Positions 58,521-64,000 of a stretch of DNA of 64,000 bases are shown here, piece after piece; position 1 is the first letter of the stretch, and every line of letters starts with the position of its first letter. The DNA is taken from IMG/VR virus record IMGVR_UViG_3300025133_000029, positions 32,001-96,000 of that record; one strand, 5' to 3'. The DNA comes from a virus. The notes under the pieces were generated by a model that saw only the letters and a program-made list of their open reading frames with translations, had not been told where the DNA came from and did no database searches. Position numbers and translations under genes: made by a program.

Positions 58521-58897
58521 TCTTCGTTGTCGGGGAGCATGTTGTTGTTCCCTCTTCGTTCGACCTTCGCTCCTTGTATGGCATCAACGACGGGGGCAAG
58601 AATGGGGTAGCTCCGACGATCGGAGAGGACACCGTTTTGACTGATTCCGTGTGGGTCACAAAAAACGGTGCCATCTCTGTAGAGCATTAGAGATCGAACG
58701 TCGAGTTCTTCTGGGTATCTTTGTGCGCGAGATAGCCCGAATGGATCGTTGAGGTCGACAACATATCCATCCGGGAGACCGATAGAGGAACGGCACTGCA
58801 GCAAGACTCTGTCGTCTTCCAACACAATTGCAACCCAATCCCTACCTAGTGGGATTGCGTTTCCTATATTGGGTGGTGGTTCTTTTTCTTTGGGCAT
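58517..58897 (-). CDS. hypothetical protein
   Basis: 126-aa ORF, convergent with the previous gene. Confidence 0.5.
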   Translation of the reverse strand: MPKEKEPPPNIGNAIPLGRDWVAIVLEDDRVLLQCRSSIGLPDGYVVDLNDPFGLSRAQRYPEELDVRSLMLYRDGTVFCDPHGISQNGVLSDRRSYPILAPVVDAIQGAKVERRGNNNMLPDNED

Positions 58898-58919
58898 GAG
58901 GCAATCTTTGTGAGTTGAA

Positions 58920-58940
58920 AATCTTTAGAGTCTAAAGATT
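58920..58940. repeat. dispersed palindrome copy 18
   Basis: AATCTTTAGA-G-TCTAAAGATT. Confidence 0.95.
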
Positions 58941-58945
58941 TTTAT

Positions 58946-59452
58946 TTAGATGCCGCCTTGATGTCTTCGATCACGAGAAACAACGATTCGCCCAATCATG
59001 GGAAGAGTTGCTCCGAGTGTGATTATTTTGAGAATGTCTCCTTGGGGGAGATGTATGTTGTCGGTGAGCATGACATACTGATCTGTGTTGGCGAGGGTGA
59101 CAATCAGTTGTGGGGTCTTGGAGTTTTTTCGGAAGACGAATATCCCACTGCCAGCACCACGCGCCACAGGCTCTAGCCCACCAATTGTTTCAAAGGCGAT
59201 GGATTCGATGATGACGTTGCCACCAAACATCCATCGGCCACCTTGGGTGGGTCCAGTAGCTCCTCCAGGTGTTCCTTGGGCGGCATTGGGAGTGGCTCCC
59301 GTAAACTGCGAGGTAGGAACGTGTTGCGAGATCCACTGGATGTCGGTTCTGGTCGAAAAAGGAATGGGGAGGGGTTGGAACTGTTGTTCGACAACAGGGT
59401 TTCTGTAGTTACTGCTTCGTTGCTTTGAGGTGTATTGATTATCTATGGGCAT
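58946..59452 (-). CDS. hypothetical protein, possibly structural
   Basis: AAGGA RBS; beta-rich C-terminus. Confidence 0.55.
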   Translation of the reverse strand: MPIDNQYTSKQRSSNYRNPVVEQQFQPLPIPFSTRTDIQWISQHVPTSQFTGATPNAAQGTPGGATGPTQGGRWMFGGNVIIESIAFETIGGLEPVARGAGSGIFVFRKNSKTPQLIVTLANTDQYVMLTDNIHLPQGDILKIITLGATLPMIGRIVVSRDRRHQGGI

Positions 59453-59501
59453 GATCCTGTCCTTCGCTAGTAGAGAGCATTTTGTTTCACTTCAAGATAC
59501 G

Positions 59502-60212
59502 TTACTTATCTTTATCTGTGAAAGTATCTTCTGGATCAAGAGAGAATGGTCGTGTGTGTGGCATTGGCATTGGGGATTCATCATTTTCTTGATCGATGAA
59601 TCCGGGTTGTCCCTTTTGAACTGCGGGTTCTATATAGTGTATGTCTCTACCGCGCATAGCAAGAAGTTGTTCTGATTTCATCCCAACTCGTAAGGATAGA
59701 ATTTGAGTTGCGACAGCTTCCAGATTCTCTTCACTGAGTTCGGCGTGGAGGTGAGCATGTCTTACTTCACCCTCATGCTTAACCGAATGTTCGATCCGCT
59801 GTGGGGTTTGGTGGATGGCATTGCAGTCTTGGAGGATTTTTGTTTCTCTCAGACGAAGCTCCGATATGAATTTGAGACACCTGATCCGGTCACTTACCTT
59901 ATTAGCACTTTGGAAGTCTGTCCATGCCTCTTCTCTCATTTGAGCAAATTCGGATCTAATCTCTCCCAGGTATGCGTTCTGGTCTATAGATTCTACGCTT
60001 TGAGAGGCAGAGTCTCGATAAGCTTTTATGTAATTGTAAACAGTCTTTCGCGAGACATTTAGTATTTGAGCAACCTGACTAACTGTGTACCCACGAAGCC
60101 TCATTTGGTAGGCTTGCCATATCTTCTCTTTTTTAGACTCTTCGTCTGGGTTGTACTCGACAATTGTAATAGGAAGCCCATCACTTCCACGTTTAATCAT
60201 CTCGTTGCTCAT
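59502..60212 (-). CDS. HTH protein, possible terminase small subunit
   Basis: AYQMRLRGYTVSQVAQILNVSRKTVYNYI followed by helical region; GAGGA RBS. Confidence 0.5.
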   Translation of the reverse strand: MSNEMIKRGSDGLPITIVEYNPDEESKKEKIWQAYQMRLRGYTVSQVAQILNVSRKTVYNYIKAYRDSASQSVESIDQNAYLGEIRSEFAQMREEAWTDFQSANKVSDRIRCLKFISELRLRETKILQDCNAIHQTPQRIEHSVKHEGEVRHAHLHAELSEENLEAVATQILSLRVGMKSEQLLAMRGRDIHYIEPAVQKGQPGFIDQENDESPMPMPHTRPFSLDPEDTFTDKDK

Positions 60213-60302
60213 ATAAACCGTTCCTCTATTTATGTAGAAAATCCACTACGGATTATTTTTCTAGGAGAATTATATCAATAAACTTCATGTTTGATAAACA
60301 AA

Positions 60303-60323
60303 AATCTTTAGACTCTAAAGTTT
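60303..60323. repeat. dispersed palindrome copy 19 (upstream of parB)
   Basis: AATCTTTAGA-C-TCTAAAGTTT. Confidence 0.9.
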
Positions 60324-60531
60324 TTTATGTTTGGGGCTTGAGTTTTTTTTATATGAGAGTATCTTGTTTTTTCCGCATCTCCGAGGAGCAGAGGTTTTTT
60401 AGTATGATCTCGGAGTTCTGCTCTATTTCTTTCTAGTAATTGGCGTAAATGCTTGGCTTTCTACAGGAAAGAAGATCAATTTTTTATTATTGCGAGGTGC
60501 CCTTGTCGTCTAATCATTAAGGAGATTGAGT

Positions 60532-61884
60532 ATGACGGTACAGAACGAAACCGAAGAAATTGTCCAGACCAACACCGAAGAAGAAGAAGTCGAAGAGACC
60601 GGAACCAAGGCGAAGAAGAAAGGCTCTTCCAAGAAGAAGTCCGGAGCGAAGAAGAAAAAAACTGGTGGCAAAAAGAAAGCCGCTTCCTCCAAAAAGGGAG
60701 GGGGCAAGAAAAAAGCTGCGGCTAAGGCAAAAACCGTTGAGCCTGTGGTGGTTGTTCCTCCAGAAGAAGGAGCCGATGAGTCTCAGCAAGAGGGCGAAGT
60801 GATCGAGGCGGTTCGGGAGCTTGAGTCTCGAAACATGGATCCTCGGTTGATTACCTACCCGCAGCGATTCAAGAACTCTCGGATGAAGCCAGACCCTATC
60901 CACCTTCGCGATCTCAAGGCCAGCGTCAAGCGAAACGGGATCCTGACCCCTCTCATCGTCTGGGAGATTCCTGACGAATCTCAGGAGTCCGGTTTTCGCC
61001 ACGACATCATCTCGGGGTTCAGCCGCTTCAAGGTCATCAATGACTTGATCGCGGAAAATGAACTCAGCTTCTCGGAAATCCCCATCAGAATCTATCGCGG
61101 CAACATCGCGGGTGCGGCAGAGATCAACTTTGCCGAGAACCTGCAGCGCAAAGATCTCTCGCCCTTTGAAATCTGTATGTATCTTCAGTACATGCGAGAG
61201 GAAGTGGACATCAAAAGCACCGACCTCGCCTTGATCGTAGGCAAGTCTGAGGCATGGGTTTCGGTCGCTCTGAAGTTCATGGACAACGCGATCGGTGAGC
61301 TTCAGAAGGTCGTCGAAGAAGGAAAGATGTCCTACTCCTTGGCTCTCGATGTCTCTGGCTTCGAGCCGCATGTGCAAGGAAACTGGGTTGACGCCTACCG
61401 AAAGACTCTCGCCACGAGCGGAAAGAAAAGCGCGGTGCGGGAGGCCAAAAAGAAAGCAGGGAAGGCTAAGAAGAAAAAGAAAAAGCCTTCGGACGCTTAC
61501 CTTCCCCCCGAGACAGTCGTTGCCACGTTCAACTCCTATTACGATATGGAACTGGACACCTATGACGACTTGGTCAAGTCCTACCTCTTCGGCTTGATGG
61601 CAGGCATGGCCCACTGCCTGGGCTATGACGTCAACCTGACCCAAATCGAGAGACCGGACATCGGAAACATCAACGTCAAAGATCTCCCCCTCCTTCAGGC
61701 GACAGAGGACGATGGAGAGGGCGAAGGTGAAGGCGAGTCGGCAGAAAGCACCTCCGAAGGTGAGTCGGCAGAAGAGTCCACTGAGGTCGTTACCGAAGAA
61801 GAGACGACGGAAGAAGGCACCGAAGCCGAAGCCGAGTCGACAGAAGAATCTACCGAAGCCGAAGCCGAAGGCGAAGAAGAGTAG
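60532..61884 (+). CDS. parB: ParB/Spo0J-family protein with Lys-rich N-terminus and acidic C-terminal tail
   Basis: LKASVKRNGILTPLIV, IISGFSR, AENLQRKDLSPFE, HTH DLALIVGKSEAWVS; AAGGAG RBS; strong GC3 codon bias. Confidence 0.85.
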   Translation: MTVQNETEEIVQTNTEEEEVEETGTKAKKKGSSKKKSGAKKKKTGGKKKAASSKKGGGKKKAAAKAKTVEPVVVVPPEEGADESQQEGEVIEAVRELESRNMDPRLITYPQRFKNSRMKPDPIHLRDLKASVKRNGILTPLIVWEIPDESQESGFRHDIISGFSRFKVINDLIAENELSFSEIPIRIYRGNIAGAAEINFAENLQRKDLSPFEICMYLQYMREEVDIKSTDLALIVGKSEAWVSVALKFMDNAIGELQKVVEEGKMSYSLALDVSGFEPHVQGNWVDAYRKTLATSGKKSAVREAKKKAGKAKKKKKKPSDAYLPPETVVATFNSYYDMELDTYDDLVKSYLFGLMAGMAHCLGYDVNLTQIERPDIGNINVKDLPLLQATEDDGEGEGEGESAESTSEGESAEESTEVVTEEETTEEGTEAEAESTEESTEAEAEGEEE

Positions 61885-61928
61885 AATCCCGCATCGAGGT
61901 TCTTTCTTCCCCACTCACACCCCTCCTT

Positions 61929-62450
61929 CTATCCTTCCTCTTCCCGTTTTCTCGGGATATCCCCCAACCACATCTTGATCTGATATTGTGATTCGCCGAC
62001 GTGCTTTGCATCAGCCGGATTCAAGAACTCTTGTGAGAGTCGAAGTTTGTTCGGTGCCTCTTCCAGGTTGAATGCAAAGTGATAATATCTTTCACTGGAG
62101 AGTCGACCCTTGGGAAAGCCATAGGATCTTTCTAATTTTCGAATATGGTCTGGATCCAAAACACCAACAAGAGCAATGAGTCTCTCATTGCGTAGATCTA
62201 TATCAGAGATTTCATCTGCGGTAAGCTTCTCTCTGTATCCATACCAAATTGGATATTTGTTTGTCATACACTCAGCAATGCGCCACTCCTCACCGCTGAT
62301 GCTTCGTGATTCGCGCATCGCGACTTCAAGAGATTCGCGGCAAGCAGCGCTCTCAGCCACTCGAGCGCGTTGTCGTTCCTCTTGCTCTGCTCTTCTTCTT
62401 GCCTTACGCCGTTCTCTGTTTTTATTCTTCTTCTTTTTGCCTTTTCTCAT
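61929..62450 (-). CDS. basic hypothetical protein
   Basis: ORF following 62457..62972. Confidence 0.5.
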   Translation of the reverse strand: MRKGKKKKNKNRERRKARRRAEQEERQRARVAESAACRESLEVAMRESRSISGEEWRIAECMTNKYPIWYGYREKLTADEISDIDLRNERLIALVGVLDPDHIRKLERSYGFPKGRLSSERYYHFAFNLEEAPNKLRLSQEFLNPADAKHVGESQYQIKMWLGDIPRKREEEG

Positions 62451-62456
62451 TTCGCA

Positions 62457-62972
62457 TCACTCTTCTGGGTTTTCTTTTTTCGAGCTTTTCTTCTTTTTGC
62501 TTTTCTTCTTGGTAGGTGGTGTGGGGGCAGCAGGCGTTTCTTCTATTGGACTATCTTCAGATGACTCATCTGCTTTGGGAATTTCTGCTACCGAGTCGCC
62601 GGGTGAGAGTTTTTGCTTATTGGCTCGATGGAAGACTCGGACTTCTTGTGAGAGGTTCTTTACTTGCTCTTGGAGTTGGAGGATCAATTCTTTTGATGCG
62701 TCTTGCCCGTCTGTTAAGGAGGCAATTTGTCTGCTTTTCTCGGATACTGTTGCTTGGAGGTCATCTGTCTGTGAGCGCAGAGCCTTTCTCGCGAGTTTGT
62801 TGTCATAAAGAAGCCCACAGACATAGGTCCACAAACCTTTCAATCGTCGTAGCTGCTCTATTCTGTCTTCATCTTTTGTGCCGACAATATACTCTTCCAG
62901 GGCACTAAAGACTTCCTTACCTTCATCAATGTAATTAATGGGATCGTCTATCTGAAGTTCTTTGTCGGACAT
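62457..62972 (-). CDS. coiled-coil hypothetical protein
   Basis: GAGGA RBS. Confidence 0.65.
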   Translation of the reverse strand: MSDKELQIDDPINYIDEGKEVFSALEEYIVGTKDEDRIEQLRRLKGLWTYVCGLLYDNKLARKALRSQTDDLQATVSEKSRQIASLTDGQDASKELILQLQEQVKNLSQEVRVFHRANKQKLSPGDSVAEIPKADESSEDSPIEETPAAPTPPTKKKSKKKKSSKKENPEE

Positions 62973-63011
62973 CTTGTGTTATCCTCTTTTTGTTACATTT
63001 TTATGGACTAA

Positions 63012-63032
63012 AATCTTTAGAGTCTAAAGAAG
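63012..63032. repeat. dispersed palindrome copy 20 (divergent intergenic region)
   Basis: AATCTTTAGA-G-TCTAAAGAAG. Confidence 0.9.
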
Positions 63033-63071
63033 TCAAAATTCGATATTCTTTATAACATGAGGTTTGTATAG

Positions 63072-63752
63072 ATGAGAAGTGATTCGTGGTGGAAGGGCTT
63101 TGTCCTTGGAGCAATTATTGGTTTCTCTCTTTGGTTTGTTTTTCAGAATATTGCCAGGGGAGAAAAGACAAAGATTCCATGTGTCTATAAAAACGCGAGA
63201 GGGCAATTTCGATTCAATAAAGAGAAGAGATCTTGCATACAATACACAAGGACAGATGAGGTCGCTGCGCAAAAAAGACTCATCGTCCTAAAAAATTATA
63301 TTGAAAAAAAAGAACCCATATGGCGAGAGAAAGAGAAGAGGTATAAGCAACTCGAAGGATCTTATAAGAAGAGCGAGAAAGAAAGGGATAATGAAAGAAA
63401 GCTTTTCAGAGAGATAATCGAGAGCAAAGACAAGCAGGTTGGTGTTTGGCGAAAGGCTTTCTTGGATGTTAAGAAGCTGGCCGCACCACCAGAAAAGAGA
63501 TTCTGGGAGAATCCGTGGTTTTGGTCAACGGCTATTATTGTGGTTGGGTTAGGGGCAGGGGTGATTGCGTGGTTGAGCAGAGGAGGGGATTCTGGTGGGC
63601 AAAACGTTAGAATATCGCCCCAGAAAGGGCCACAGTCGGGTCTTCTTTATGGCTATCGAGCAAGGGCTAGGGTGAGGGTAGGCGGGGGCATATATCGGCG
63701 CAAAACGGGAGTTTCGGGCGGGAGTAATTTCTTAGTGTTACGCGCTCGATAG
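63072..63752 (+). CDS. membrane-anchored coiled-coil protein
   Basis: N-terminal and C-proximal hydrophobic helices; GAGG RBS. Confidence 0.6.
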   Translation: MRSDSWWKGFVLGAIIGFSLWFVFQNIARGEKTKIPCVYKNARGQFRFNKEKRSCIQYTRTDEVAAQKRLIVLKNYIEKKEPIWREKEKRYKQLEGSYKKSEKERDNERKLFREIIESKDKQVGVWRKAFLDVKKLAAPPEKRFWENPWFWSTAIIVVGLGAGVIAWLSRGGDSGGQNVRISPQKGPQSGLLYGYRARARVRVGGGIYRRKTGVSGGSNFLVLRAR

Positions 63753-64000
63753 AAGATTACCACTCTGCATCTTCTTCCATCTCATCGAGGATTTTTGACA
63801 AGTCTTCAGGGTTTTTGGTTAGGATAGGAGGTGTAGCGGGGCTTTGTTCTTCTTCGTGGAACCACTCGCTCTCTAATTCTTGTAAGTCCTCTTGGTAGAC
63901 AGGGGCGAGTTCTTTGTGTTTTTTCTCCAGTTCTTTTTTTGTGCTTTCGAGTGGGTCTATCTTTTGTGGTTCGGGCAAAGGGGGAGTTGAGCTTGGGGCG

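Noticed and set aside
60378-60425. Two interleaved 7-bp complementary pairs upstream of parB (possible pseudoknot)
   Set aside because: Loop geometry is implausible for an H-type pseudoknot and the stems are short enough to be chance.
60517-61914. 465-aa minus-strand ORF
   Set aside because: Antisense shadow of the codon-biased parB gene; Phe/Leu-rich translation with no motifs.
4879-63032. The palindrome as a CRISPR repeat
   Set aside because: Copies are kilobases apart and separated by whole genes; there is no spacer-sized periodicity and no cas gene in the window.
4879-63032. The palindrome as a simple intrinsic terminator
   Set aside because: The stem is AT-rich with a 1-nt centre, most copies lack a U-tract, four are inside CDSs, and the sequence itself is invariant, which terminators do not require.
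1-64000. Stop-codon reassignment, tRNA genes, introns or inteins
   Set aside because: Conserved genes read full length in the standard code and end in TAA, TAG or TGA; no tRNA or intein motif seen by eye (tRNAscan-SE would be the decisive check).

Overview
64 kb segment of a large (jumbo-type) tailed bacteriophage genome. It is gene-dense, reads in the standard code, runs mostly on the + strand up to ~51.3 kb and mostly on the - strand after that. Recognisable genes: Mre11/SbcD and Rad50/SbcC, RusA, GpA-type terminase large subunit, HU, GIY-YIG nuclease, two DNA methyltransferases, Tmk, ThyX, an ATP-grasp protein, a DHH phosphoesterase, translation initiation factor IF-3 (with its AUU start codon intact) and a ParB-family protein. 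Two things stand out. (1) A palindrome, consensus AATCTTTAGA-N-TCTAAAGATT with an invariant core CTTTAGA-N-TCTAAAG, occurs 20 times at 1.4-5.7 kb intervals across the window, both between genes and in frame inside genes, with one copy upstream of the ParB gene. It is a candidate phage parS-like or genome-organising site system. (2) An 8.8 kb NYN - nicotinamidase - vWA - vWA - PP2C - small ORF - kinase cluster resembles an expanded TerY-P signalling/defence triad carried by a phage, with a terminator-like hairpin and a palindrome copy at three of its junctions. I recognised no tRNA, rRNA, CRISPR array or transposase. All assignments come from reading motifs by eye; no database search was run.
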